NCBI GenBank assembly: GCA_010093705.1
Contig: MU006103.1
Span: forward strand, 310,001 to 374,000
From: Patellaria atrata CBS 101060
Taxonomy: Eukaryota
Reading direction: 5' to 3'
DNA: 64,000 nucleotides
The translations under genes were made by a program, and so were the position numbers. The notes below the pieces were generated by a model, which was not told the DNA's origin, did not search any database, and saw nothing but the letters and a program-made list of their open reading frames with translations. This document shows positions 48,103-61,238 of this stretch, piece by piece; the stretch's first letter is position 1, and the number at the start of each line of letters is the position of its first letter.

Positions 48103-50126
48103 CCTTTCACACTCTAAATTTTTCAAGTATTAGCTCTACTATGACAAAGAACAACACCTTGGGAGGTAAGTCCCACTGCTGATTTTCTCCATTTTATTCA
48201 AAACATAGATCTAGGTAAGTCCGACATGTTATACCCTTTAGATGTCTTAGCGTCAAAACATCCTAGGTTCTACAGTGCAACTATCAGGATGTTGGTATCT
48301 GCGAATGTATGCTAGAGATTGAAGATCAGAATATTACAATCAGCTTGACCTGGCCGAGACCAAGAACAGGAAAATAACAATTGTACAATACTGTACATGC
48401 AATAGCAACGGATTCTTGGTCGATGTCTGTTCACTGACATCAGCAACACGATCTCTTGGGAAATCGTAAGAAGTCGAGTATGCTCTATACCCTTGATCGT
48501 TCACCTCACTGTCGTAATATTTTTATCACGTCAACACGGGTCCCTACAGATATGGAGACCATTCGGGTATTGCTACAAGCAGTTACCAACGGCATTCTCT
48601 CGGGGAATTTTATGGAGGAGATATGATCATGCGGTATTTCTCACGTAGTTCGAAAAAGAGCGGACTCATGGTGCTACCAACCCAGATCTCAGAGGGGAGT
48701 AAAGTGAGTGCTATTTCCGAATAAGATCCCCAATTCCAATGTACTTTTACAGTAGGGTGTCCGTCACCATAATGTCGAAACTAAGGATGATCTCTTTATG
48801 AGCATTAATTTTGGTATGGGACAGTACTACCTATAGTATTTCTACTGCAGGCCAAAAGCGCCAGTCACACTTGGAAAATCCAAAGGAACAACAAAGCTGT
48901 TCTAATCCCCTGCGTCAGCGATAGCGTACCTAGCAGGTCATGTATTTCAAACATGCGGTCGCTCAAGAAGAAATATATATAGGTACTGTAGTTCTCGAGG
49001 TACATTAGCGAAGTGGGCGCACGCAGACCGGGACAAGGGAAAGCCAATAAGAATGGTAAGTTAGGATACGATTGCGAGTGTCTGTGCTAGGGAATGGATT
49101 AAAGAATCGGCAGTAGATATTGTGTCAGACTAACACTAGAATGACGAAACGGGAGAGAATTTGCCCTATTCTATCGAGTCATAAGCATAGGAGGTGTTTT
49201 ATAGACGATTGATGTGGAGCGAACAGACCTACCCGGTATCGAGGAACGATAAGGTATCAATGGGATCCAACACACCCGCCGCCAATCATCCTTCGGCACG
49301 GCCCGCGTCGAACTGGAACTGCAACCGGAAGCAGAACTACCGTACAGTACAGACCTCAGAGTGTCTTATTACACCTCAAGTAGTTTCGATCAACCTGTCG
49401 ATCTCGAGCTCTAGTACAACCTCCAGGAGTCTCCTTGCTCCACTACTCCTCTTTCTGCATTTCTGGGCCTGCACAATCAATATCTGCCGTTGCAGTGCAG
49501 AAGTCCCCTCCAATCCCGTCTCCCCGTTTCTATGTACCGCGCATGTACAGTGTCTATACCTAGGGCTTCATTCCCCGTTCTCGCAGCACATTTCTACTAG
49601 ATATCGCTCATGGGTGTGCGTTCCCAAGCAGAACATCCATCCACTTTCGTACCGTTACCTCCGTCCCAAACTTCAAACCTGCTTTCCCCGCCCCCACAGC
49701 TTCCCGTAACAGAAATATCCGACACCTGTACACTCCATGCCTCAAGCATGTGCCAGACGTCGGTACCGGGTCTCTCTAACCCACCGTGCGCCAAAGAGGT
49801 GCGTGTTCAGTCGAAAGGACGAGTCAAAAGGTAGGTAAGGTATAGGGGACCTGGCATTTCGGTTACTATATTGAACATGACCATACATCATGCGGCAAGT
49901 TTTTCTGGTCCCTGGGACGGGCCCGAGTGGAAAATGGACAGCCTCTTAAGCATATAGAAATGCTCACCTGCATCCTCGCGGACGGGAGGAACCTTCTACT
50001 TCGAAGTTTGTTGATCCTTTGGCGTCATATCGGAGTTCTGCCTTGCTCTGCTTCGAGTCCGTGGTTTGTGAGTTGCTCGTTCTTCGATCTGTTGTCTCTG
50101 AAATTGTATACCTTCTTCTGGCTAAG

Positions 50127-51433
50127 ATGGATCAATTGACGGAGGAAGGTCGACGATGCTTTGTCGCGACGGTGGTTGGTTGTTCTATAGCTACCGTCTC
50201 GGTGGCCCTACGATTCGTATCGGAGAGGATGGTAGGGAAAGGGATACATCTGGATGACTACTTAATAGCATTCGCTCTTATGTGTTATCTAGCAGCCTCT
50301 GGATCAGTATTCTGGGGTAAATCGAAGCCTATATCCTCTTCTCTACCTCTTGCTACTGACATATCATCAGGTCTCTTCGCCGGCGGTGGAGGTAAAGAAA
50401 TGGTCGATTTCCTCAAGGACCATTCCCCCGAAAGCCAAAAACAGATGATAATAACCCTAAAGGTAACCCCCCACCCCCCAAATCAACACATTCAAACCAT
50501 AGAATCTCTCTCACACACACACACACCCAGTCCGTCTTCATCCGCTTCAACATCTACCTCCCCGCCATCGAAGCAATCAAACTCAGCATCCTCTTCTTCT
50601 ACCGCCGCATCTTCAGCACCCAAAACTACCAACGCGCCTCGGCGGCACTCATTATTATCAGCCTCGCCTGGTGGCTGACGGTGCAGGTCCGCTCCCTCTG
50701 GGTTTGCCGCCCCATGCACCTCTTCTGGGCTCCCGGCGGCGTCGTCAGCGGGAACTGCTCCAAATTCAACCTGCACTTCTTCCTCGCCGGCCTGTTCGAA
50801 ACCCTGATCGATGTCGGGATCTTGGTGCTGCCGATCAGGAGTATTCTGCGGACGCAGTTGCCCACGCGGACGAGGATCACATTAGCGTGTATTTTTGCCT
50901 TGGGGGGCTTGTACGTCTTTTCCCTCTTTCTCTTACCCTCATCACCATGCTAGAGAACCCCACATTAACACTGGGCACACAGCGTGATCATAACCAACAT
51001 CCTCCGCCTCGCCTGGGCCTTCAACCCGCACAACAACGCCATGTTCTTCGGCCGCGTCCAGTTCTGGGCCGACATCCACCTCAGCACCACCTTCCTCTGC
51101 GCCTGCATCCCGCTCTACCGGCCTCTCGCCCGCCGCTGCCTCCGTGTCGGCGATCTGCTGTCTTCGCACTTTCGCTCTAAGTCTGCTGCGTATAGGTCTC
51201 AGTCTCGGTCTCGGTCTCAACCGATGGGGATCGGGTTGGGGGATGTTCCTGGGATGGGGGCGAAGGAGAGGGGGCCTTATAGTCCGCTGCGGGGGGCTAG
51301 TGAGGGGCGGTTGCGGGAGGGGAGTGGAGGGAGCGGGAGTGGGAGTGTCACGCTGGCGGGGGAGGAGGTGGACGGGATTGAGATCACGAGGGAGAGGGAG
51401 GGGGATAAGGAGTGGGCGGGTAGGTACGTGTAG
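50127..51433 (+). CDS. Pth11-like (fungal rhodopsin-domain) integral membrane protein without CFEM
   Basis: ALRF...LDDYLI, IKLSILFFYRRIF, CRPMHLFW...C, D..IL.LPI..I...QLP...+I.L..IFALG. Introns 50317-50370, 50463-50530, 50911-50982. Confidence 0.88.
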
Positions 51434-51671
51434 GGTGAGAATTTCTCAGGCAGAAAAGGTTGGGGGAGGGGGAGGGGAAAGGGGAGGGGGTGTGTTTGTA
51501 AATACGGCGCGGCTTTTCCTTTCTTCCAATGGAGAAAGACGGAGATACCCTAATGAGACATCATTCGTTCAACGGTACGGTCAGTCCTGACGGTGTTGAG
51601 ACCATGTAATGTCTGATACAACGCCCATAAACACAAATGGAGCACCACCTCTCCCTCCTTCCCTCCCTTCT

Positions 51672-51703
51672 TTCCTTCCTTCCTTCCTTCCTTCCTTCCT
51701 TCC
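51672..51703. repeat. (TTCC)8 microsatellite within a polypyrimidine tract
   Basis: ttccttccttcc... read directly. Confidence 0.9.
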
Positions 51704-52710
51704 CCCCATCTCCCTCCCTACTTATCCAACTACTACTGGAACACCAAAACCACCCTAAAACCCGACGAAACCCCTCACTTGAGCAGCAGACCGACATCTC
51801 TCTGTTGTTCACCTCCCTCCATGGACGCCTTTTCCGTCCGTACCGTCCAAAACCATTATATGATATCCGCACAGAACAGACGAGAGAGTTCGCGACGAGA
51901 GTGTGGTAGAACTACCTCACTACCTTCATGAGGTTGATGGTCGGGACGCATCGGATGGAGACGGTCTTGTTTAAGATTGATAGGCGTGACGAAGGGGGGA
52001 GGTGCTGAGGGTTCCGACTGGGACTTGTTATGGTACTGTACTGTGGGTTGAGATAAGTCTATCTCACGATGCGAAATGGGAGATAGCCGGTACGAGAATG
52101 GAGAGCGACAAGGAAAGAATTATGTTTCTATAGTAACATTCACGAAAGCGAATGGTAGGTTACATCTCCAACAAAAAAAAAAAAAAGAAAAAAGGAAAGG
52201 ACACCGCCTGAGCGTGCGAATAAGAGATCTAGAACACACCATCCCCAAAGAACGATCTTCCTCTTTTCCCCTTCTTGCGGACAGTTCGCCAAGACAAGGA
52301 GCTAAAGCGATGAGATGATTGATGAAATACAATCTTGGCTTTTCTCATGTGCGAACCGTGGTTAAGGCAAGAAGTAAAAGTGATAGGAAGACGTCCGATC
52401 TTCGGAGACAATGAAGTGAAATTGGAAGGACTCGGGCCAAATAAATTCATCCTTCTTGTATAGCCCCTAAGTAATGTGCACTCATACAAACATAAGAAGT
52501 GGAAATTGAAACAACCCCTCGCTTTTTCCCCCCCTCACATCCTCTCCCAGCTCTTTCACCGTAAAGTACAATTTCAGTCCCCGGACCTACACCAGCTAAA
52601 CCGTCTTAACTGCTCTTTCTTCCTTGCGCTACTATGCCGTAGGGAGTCCCTCGTCTTTCTTCTCCAGCACTCTTTCGGACTCCCATCCTCCGGCGGCGCC
52701 ATCTCGGCTC

Positions 52711-53959
52711 TTAAAATTCGGCAGTGCCATTGCCGTTGTGGTGGCCGACAGCATACCCAAACGGCCCGTCGCCGTGATCGTTGCCATCCATCTCGCTCAG
52801 TAATTGGTGGTTGGCTGATTCCGCTGCATGTGGTGGCTGGCCGTAGGGCGGGGCGGTGGTGGCATTTGCTGCATTGCCTGTGCTGCTCCCGGGATCGCCG
52901 GGGACAGCGTTGGGGTCGGATTTTGAAAGGTAGATAGCAGGCCCGCCGGGTTGCTTGTTCTGATTTGCGAGGAGGGTCTCGTGCCACCAATCAATACCAA
53001 TAGTTCAGATATACGTCTTTGGCCAAATATCGGCAACAAAGGAGATGACGGAGTAGAAGGGGGTGAGAGGAAAGGGGAAGGGGCAAATGGGTGGCTTACT
53101 TCGCGATATCGGGACAAATAGATTTTTAGTGCTTCCCCGTAATTCTCGAAACCGAGTGAAGCCATGGCGAAGAGAATATCCTCGCCATTCACTGTCTTCC
53201 GTTTCTCTTGTTGACATTTCTCCGAAGCTGAGGTTTGATGTAGTTAGTTTCCAATCATGTCATTGGCCGAAAAATGAAATGATTCCATTGGATGAAACTC
53301 ACCTTCGCTTGTGATGAAGGAGATAAACTCGCTCACGCATTCCTGCATACATTCTTTTGCTTCCTTCGCGATCTTGGCGTTGTCCGGGAGTGCCATCTTC
53401 ATAATGCGTGCAACTGGAGCAAAATTTCGAATGTTAGCATCTGAGATTGACTGATCTCTTGAGCCACGAGGCCCGTTTTGTTCAGGGGGAGAATCAGATT
53501 GTGGCGATCTTGAAGACGACATGATGCAGGTCACCCGTTTTTGAACTACTGCGGCGCAGATTATAGAAACGAAAGAGATTGATTCGACAGCAAGACAAAC
53601 AAGAGACGCGCGGGAAAGGACTGAATGTGCAGTTTACAGGATGATGGCCAACCACGTCCATGCGTGAGCATGCAGGTGGTGGGATCAAAAATGCGCACAA
53701 ATCAAATCGAAAGGAAGGGTACATTATGGAAAAAGACGCACCATTTGCAATTGGTAGCCTTAGAAGGTATCAGTTCATGCTACTTGTGGGCTTGAAAGCG
53801 GGGGCTGACTTACCATCTGTCCTGCTCCTTTACTTCGAATTCGTACGTGTTAGCTTGCGCTTGTGTATCCTGACCTTCTCTGTCCATATGCGGCTCCGAA
53901 TCCTCAGGTGAATTGAGTGCAGGTTCCACATCTCCCTTCTTCGGGGGGGTGGCCGCCAT
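52711..53959 (-). CDS. hapC: CCAAT-binding complex subunit HapC/Hap3 (NF-YB)
   Basis: Exons 53959-53814, 53758-53742 (17 nt), 53413-53303, 53227-53100, and a last exon from about 52977 or 52959 to 52711. Protein [70 protein letters not shown]. Last acceptor uncertain. Confidence 0.95.
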
Positions 53960-54674
53960 GTTGTATTCGGCCGATTGCAGCCACTACGGTGCCGCGTATC
54001 CCCTGTGTGAGTTGTCTTTTTGCCAGACGATTCGCTGTTCTTGCCACGTCAACTGCTAAGATGATGGAGCTGGTGGACCTTGGAAGGGCTTAGAGGGGCC
54101 GGATATGCGACCTTAGATGAGAAACAGTCTAGCCGGTGTCGTGGAACTTGAGCTTGGATGGGTACCTTGTGGAAGTGGTACGGGGTATGGCTAACCGTAT
54201 GCCAGGAAAGGATTTTCTGATGCAAGTTACTCTTAGCACTAAAAAGCCGTAGTATGTCTACACGTACAATGGTATATGCAGATACGTATGGAAATGATCA
54301 AGCTCGGGCTTCTAGGTGCTTGCTGCTGCTGCAGGCTTGCGTGAAAACTAATGACATGTTATCTAACGGGCCCCAAACAAGTGGCAGAAGTTTAAAGGGA
54401 GCCCTTAAAGATCAAGGCTTTCCTCATACAGTTGGCCGTTCTGCGATACCTCAGATACGCGATTCTCCCACAACCCTCCTCCAGACCTTTCCCTTGCCTT
54501 GGGATTTTCTCGACTCGGCACACGTTACCTACTGCTTCGCCGTAAGCCTTGACACGCTGCACAGAGTAGACAGTCAACTTTGACGGCGCAGTTCCGAAAG
54601 TGAGACTAGGTTATAGACTGCAGTATGCAGCCCGGCGCGGGATGATGGGGAACAAGACTAACTTTCTGTGAGGG

Positions 54675-54766
54675 TGACGATGATGACGATGATGATGATG
54701 ATGATGATTATGCTGATGATGCTGATGATGCTGATGATACTGATGATGCTGATGATGCTGATGATG
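54675..54766. repeat. Compound trinucleotide repeat (GAT)n / (GCTGATGAT)n
   Basis: About 30 GAT-type triplets with a 9-nt higher-order unit, about 0.7 kb upstream of hapC. Confidence 0.9.
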
Positions 54767-57269
54767 TGGTGATGGATGATGGAGGTGCGGATATTCTTTC
54801 CAGTTGGTGTGAAATGGAAAGAACAACGCAGCACAACAAGTGCAGGGACAGGATTCAAGAAGTTACTGCGGTCTGATCTGTGACAACGGTAACGTCCACG
54901 TCCAGCCGACTGATGATCCAGCCAGATTTGCACACACAGTTACAACCCGAATTCAAGAGAGACCGCTGCCCAATTGAACGCCACGCTCACGGTGAAGCTT
55001 GAGAGCGAGAGCACGAGAAGGCGCGTCTTCGCGCGTAGCTGTCGATTCTATTGCTCTTGATGAGTACTTCTAGCCTATCCTCGCGTCTGTCACCGATCAA
55101 TCACGAGACAAGCTTACACCGTCGCGATTGATTTATCTCCCAAAGCTCGTCAGAACTCTGGAAGATGTGCCAGCGACGTTGGAGCTATCCGCCCGCCTCG
55201 GTTGAAGGACAAGGAGCTAAAAAGATGCTGGGGCAAAGTTCCGTTGTTGGACCTCAAAGGACAAGGCCGCGACAGGGTGTGAATGCTAGAGTGGAAAATG
55301 GAATAAAAAAAATAATTCGCAGGTTAAAGGACCAGTAAAAGAACACGTCGAGGTGCAGAATGCTGATTAGTTTGCGTTTTTAAAGAAGCTGTCGCCTCCA
55401 ATAAGAGGGGAAGCTGGGCTGAAAAAAGACTCCCAGTCACTTCCCAGGCGCCTCCATTTTAGGCTTTTCTCCTCTCTCAGCTTCCCAGCTACGTTATGTA
55501 GGAGTACTTGTACCGGTACCTACCAACTGTGCCGTTACCGTACTGTATGTACCTATCCCACCTGTCTCGGTCAGCAGTGGAGAGCAGGCCTCCCCAGGAT
55601 ACCGGTACGAACAAAGAGAGACAGTATTATTACCGGAGAAGGTGGTGTACCACTGTACAGTAGACACAGTAAAAGGCAAGAGAGGGCTCATCCACCAGCG
55701 TGATCGCAAGAGCGTGTATAGAAAACATGTTTGGGGTGCAAGCAATGTCATATTGCTTTTTCTCTGCAGTCGAACACTATCTTGCCCACTCACTATTGGT
55801 CATCCTTATAATGTAATGCCATGTACAGTACTGTAAAAGGGTGGCCGACTATATATGCAGTAACGAAGTTCCATTTGGGAACAAAGAACGGCAGTTCCTC
55901 AATATCGATCTCACCCCCCACCTCACATGTCTTCAGCTTGTTGTCCTATACTATGTTGCTGTACCGCTCTGTTGTCATCCCTCAAGGCGGAGATGGATCT
56001 GCAAGTCGAACATGGTCCATGGCTGTCTCCGTGTCTTGTTGATGAAGTACCGCCAGCTACTCTATCCGAAGAACGCAGCTTTTCCCGTTAATGCGTTGTC
56101 AAAGTCGTGCGCATCATCAAGCTCCTAGAATTAGAGCAAGTTTAGAACCGATTACACGACTTCTAGACAGCTAGACCCCAGCTGCTCGTCATCGAAAGTA
56201 CTTCTCCTCTACCACATTGAACGGGGCTCTCTCTTGGAACTGCGAAGCGTTGTGTTGCCTCCAAAGCGTTGCTGACAAGGTAGTGACCGCGTCGTAGCAC
56301 TTCCGCTGTTGTTCGACATGACGTTGAAGCAGCCAGTCATGAGAGAAGACCTACTGGTCGTACCTGACTTCGCGGCTCGAGGATAGGTATCCTATGAGCT
56401 TCTTGTCCACATCCGTGGGATCCGCCCTATATTATTATTGCGCGAAAACTAGGCGTCGATCTCCGCTTGAGCACCCTGACGACGCCAACTCATCTTTTCC
56501 CCCGTCACGTTTGGCACTCCTCGGTTGCTGTATGCTTACTGTTCTCTGCTCGGTAGACACTCATACTAAGATCTCGAAAGCATTTTGGTGTTATGTATGG
56601 TGTTGGCATTGTACAGCTGACAACTGGGGACCATGTTCAAATCAAACTTATAGTAACTTATTAGGAGATGGGAAAGCATAGTTGTAGCGTCCCCAAGCCA
56701 CACCCTCCTCAGCCTTGTAAAAGGTTACCGTCCTCACTTAAATGACTACTTCCCGCTGCTGCTGGTTATTTAGAGTTTATGCATGCGAGAACTCAGCATA
56801 TGATGGCATAGCTAGGAATGAAACCGCAGTCAGGGATCATGGAAGATAGATCGAAGCATGGGGGTAGTTCTGCGGTAAAACAGCTGTCTAATCCATCCTA
56901 CTCTATGACACACATGATGCATGCCAAATCAACGATATCAGGTATGTACAGCGCACCTCCTGCACGCTCCTGATTAGCGTTATTACACCTCCTTTACCTT
57001 GAGCAGTTAGCATCTCCAAAGCGGTTCATTTTTCTATCGAGTAGAAATCTGTTCCGTCATTTCCTCGTGTCTGACTGTCCAAGGAAGATAGAACTTATCA
57101 CATGCCCGTGACAGAAGCATTCTCTTAGTCTTCGCTTTATCCCCGATTTATGCTCCTTGGGGATTTCCTATGCTATTTGAACATAGCTAGTGGGTTCTTA
57201 CGCTTCTATAGCCGCTAGGGATCATTTCCGCTCTGAGACAACAGGTTCGAAAGCTCATCAGATATTGTC

Positions 57270-57926
57270 TTACTGTTGTACGACCTGGACGTTGTTCTTC
57301 TTCTGTGGTTGGTAGTGTGTGAGCATGTGAGTCCTTACAGACGCCTAACAGATCCTCTACCCGGCCGCAGAGTGATACGGGAAGATACGTACCTTCCACT
57401 TTTCCATCTCGTCCTGCTTGGTCTTGTACTGCTTGAGAAGATCATCAAGTACCTTCTTGAGTCCATCCGAGTTTGTCTTCAACGCTGGTACTACATCTTT
57501 AACTGATCTTTCAACTAGAACGCCGTTTATCATGCGAAAGCATTTTCGATCTTGTGGGAGCGGTTCAAGAGTCTCAAGAACGAGCCTGTCAGCCAAAGCG
57601 TAAGCATAGATCCGTGTTAAATTTCAAGATAGACTAATGGGGCTATGGGATAATTTGAACGGGTGAGACGGTGTGCATTCGGAGTGACTTTGAGAAATAT
57701 GGAAACCGTGTAATTGAATGGGGGTTTGAATGGCGTACTTGTGTTCCTCCGCCTCTTGTTCGACGTCTCCAATCTTCTGAGCGATTTGTTGCAAAGTATT
57801 CTTGTAATTGGAGTATTGAAGTTGTAGTTCTGTAAGAAGTTCAAATGGTTAGGAAGTCCGTATACCATAATGCTTCTCATGCTGACCTTGTTGCCTCTTG
57901 GCGGAGACCTGCTGTTGCTCAGCCAT
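57270..57926 (-). CDS. gim4: Prefoldin subunit 2
   Basis: Exons 57926-57887, 57829-57739, 57585-57393, 57302-57270. QKIGDVEQEAEEHKLVLETL...RKCFRMINGVLVERSVKDVVPALK...WKKKNNVQVVQQ. Confidence 0.93.
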
Positions 57927-58168
57927 GAGGACGGGAAAGAAGTTTGTGTGTCTTCTGTTGGCGCGAAGCAGGAATCTCGTCCAGAGCTTGGCTGTGATTG
58001 TGGACAACCTGAGCGGAACAGTACCGCGCCTAGTTCTAGATATTGCCACCTGGAAGCTAAGCTTGACCACCTCACTTCAGTGTTTACTGTGTCTCAAGCT
58101 CCATTATATCAACAATCGGACGTTGGAATAAGGTCAACCAGGATTATTACTTGCAGACTATCCTCAAG

Positions 58169-58508
58169 ATGCATCCGCATTTACATACAAAGGACAATAT
58201 GGGTGAGAGCCAATCCAGACTCTACAACTCCGAAGACACTCCGCTGAAAGGCGGCTCAACGTCTTTACCTTTACGATACTTGAGCTAATGTATACTCAGC
58301 CTGTGAGGAAGTCATGGCCGCATTGGACGAATGTCACGCACGCGGATTCCTTTGGAGATGCATGGGGATGTGTAACACGGCGAAACATAATGTCAACATG
58401 TGCTTACGAGCGGAGCGTCTAGAGAGAACGAGGAAGAATCGTGAAGCAGCTAAGATCAAGAATGCTGAGATTAGAAAGATCTGGGCGGAAATTGATGAAA
58501 ACTCATGA
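58169..58508 (+). CDS. cmc2: Twin CX9C cytochrome c oxidase assembly protein (Cmc1-like family)
   Basis: [24 protein letters not shown]...GMCNTAKHNVNMCLRAER. Intron 58203-58299. Divergent from prefoldin 2 across 242 bp. Confidence 0.92.
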
Positions 58509-59198
58509 GCGCTCCTAAAACTGGCTCCTGTATTGAGATATTGGCGCTGGTTGACTGAATGAACCACGGTGGCATGCGAACAGGCGTAATTGAGGTATGA
58601 CTATTATAGAGTATGTCGTCTTTTTTTCCTATTCCCCCATCTCCTTCCATAGTTTCGAAAGATTGAGTGCATCTATCTCCGACCAAGTCCTAATCATCCT
58701 AGCCCGCAGTCTCAAAGATAGTAGAGCACTTTAGTGCGCAATAATTGCACACCTGAATTGTTCGAACCTAAACTTAGCTATCCCGCTTAATATACAGATC
58801 TTAGCGTAGTACAACAATGTATTAGAAAAAGGGTATTGGACGTAACCGTGAAATTCATCGAAATATAGGAGGCGATAAAATTTAACCATGCGCTATTCTG
58901 TGTTTCGAGGATGCTTTTGATAATCAAAAATGGTGAAGCAAAAGAGTTACCGTGACTTGAAATGTTGTGTGTGGTCAATGACCAAATAATAATTTCCCAA
59001 ATTTCCTTGCAGTTAGAAAAACAATCGAACACTCTTCAAATTCTACAACACACATTCCTCGAAAAAGATTTTCTCCATTTATCCATAACGTATCTGAAGA
59101 ACGATCAACGTCGGTCATTTACGTCTTCTTTTGACTTACTGTGCCTCCTTTTTGTCTCCACCTCAAAATTCTCTGCAGATTCATCTTGATATCAAGCT

Positions 59199-61126
59199 AT
59201 GAATTCAGATCAAGGTCCCTCTCGCAGAGATATCTGCAAGGGTAAAGCAAAAGAAGAGACCTCCTGTGTCGCCTGTCTGGATCAACTACCTCCAGCTGAT
59301 CTAGTCGCATTACGTTGCCATCCAAATCCACATTATTACTGTAGCGTGTGTATTACGGTCCTTTTCCAAAAGTCTCTCGCCAATAGAGCGCAACCTCCGC
59401 CACGCTGTTGCAGACGTGATATCGAAATAGATGAAGTACGACATCTCCTTAGCGCAGACATTGTCAAGGCATATGAAGACAAGACTATTGAATATTCGAC
59501 GCCTAATCCCACCTACTGCTTCCGAAGGGAGTGCTCACATTTCATCCGTCCGGACCGAATCCGTCTTGGTGTCGGAGTGTGCTCAGCCTGCAAAGTTAAG
59601 ACTTGCACAAACTGTAAGCAAGAAGAGCATAATGGACCATGCCTTGAGAACCAAGAGACTAAAGCGGTCATGCGATACGCGACAAAGAGAGGTTGGAAGA
59701 GGTGTTATAACTGCCGTAACCTTGTGGAGTTGAGTCAAGGTTGCAATCATATGGAGTATGCATGTTGAATAACTGTTAGAAGTCGAGGATAGTGTTGACG
59801 TGAAATAGGTGCATCTGCGGAGCCGAATTCTGCTATAAATGCGGTTCCCCTTGGAATAACTGTTCGTGTAGAACTCCTGTAGAGCAGCATTTTCGGATCA
59901 GAATGAGGGAGGACATCGTCCGACTGAATCAAGAAGCGGCAGTACGCAACCCACGGCGCATCCCCTTACCCGTATATCAACGTGCGCTTCGGGATCTCGA
60001 GGAAATGAACCGCAATATAGAATTAGAAGAGGCCCATGCGCTCAGAGATCAAACCGAAGCACGACCTCCCACCGAAGCAGCCACTCGATTGCAAGAAATT
60101 AATCGCCGTGTGAATCGGTTATTTAACTACTCCACGCGGAATCCAACCCTTGAACGTCGTGGAGAAGCATCCGGCGAACCCGAAAGGTTGTTGAACGAAA
60201 ATAGACTTCCCGACCAAAGGTCCATTCCTGAACGCAGCACAAACCCATTCCTACGTGCCCGGCAATGGTTAATGAGGGATGTTGCCAGGACCACAGGACC
60301 TCATGAGCAATTTCCCATTAATAGGAGATCCCATGAAGGAAATCTTCCCTCGACGCCGCGTTTTCCCCAATTAAATCCGCCCCAATTAATCCCGACAGCT
60401 CCAGAGTTCGAGAGACCCGGACAACGCGGTGGACAGATCTATAATGAGCTCACACCTGAATACAGGCGCAATTTCGAACGTCAAGTTACAGGCGGACGAC
60501 GCCTGGAACTGGCGATGGAACGAGAAAGGGATCGATCTCGACAGCTTGGTGAACAGGGAGAGGCTTCAACTAGAAGGACAGCGCCCTTGGGGCCTACGGC
60601 ACCGCAAGGGCCACCAAACTCGCGCAGATCTACATCGTCGCGCGTACCCACTAATCCGTCGAACGTGTCTACCGTCCCGGCGTGGGTATACACTAATCCA
60701 CCTGGCGTCAACCATGAGTGGAATATTCACCCGAACTCAACGACTGCCCCTGAACGTTCTAGGAGGGTTCCAACGCCTGGTCCGGCAGTTGAACAGAACA
60801 GAGATCACAATGGCTGCAATCATATATGGGAGGAGTTACCGGAAGCTGTGGGTTTGATCATGACTTGCGAGAGAGTCGACTGTAACGCGCGTCAGTTCGC
60901 GCAATGCCTCAGATGTCGCGAAAGGGTGTGCGCATGGTGTAACTTGCGTCGCCATTTACTACCTACCACTGCTGAACAGCGGGCTGCCCGTCGGGCTGAA
61001 TGTCAAATTCAGGTTGAAAGCGATAGGGAGCTTCTACGCCGGAGGGAGCATGACCTGGAGAGGATGCGTGGGAGTGTGCGTACCCTTCAAATGGAGCAAG
61101 GAGAACCGGAAGATGATGTTGAATGA
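59199..61126 (+). CDS. RBR (RING-IBR-RING) E3 ubiquitin ligase-like protein
   Basis: RING1 CVACLD..C...HYYCSVC..PPRCC, IBR YC....CS.FI...C..C...TC..CK..EH..PC, RING2 RCYNC..LVEL..GCNHMECICGAEFCYKC after intron 59756-59808, and a C-terminal Cys cluster. Confidence 0.9.
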
Positions 61127-61238
61127 GATGGGTTGGCACATGCAATTAAGTATTAGCCGGACCCATTTGGAGCAAGGAGGGACAGCATGATCTTGAGTAG
61201 AATGGGCCAACATATGTGATCAAGCATTAGCTGGACCC
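61092..61238. repeat. Degenerate tandem duplication of about 76 bp spanning the RBR stop codon
   Basis: TGGAGCAAGGAG...ATGAT.TTGA...ATGGG...CA.ATG..AT.AAG.ATTAGC.GGACCC at 61092-61164 and 61168-61238. Confidence 0.75.
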
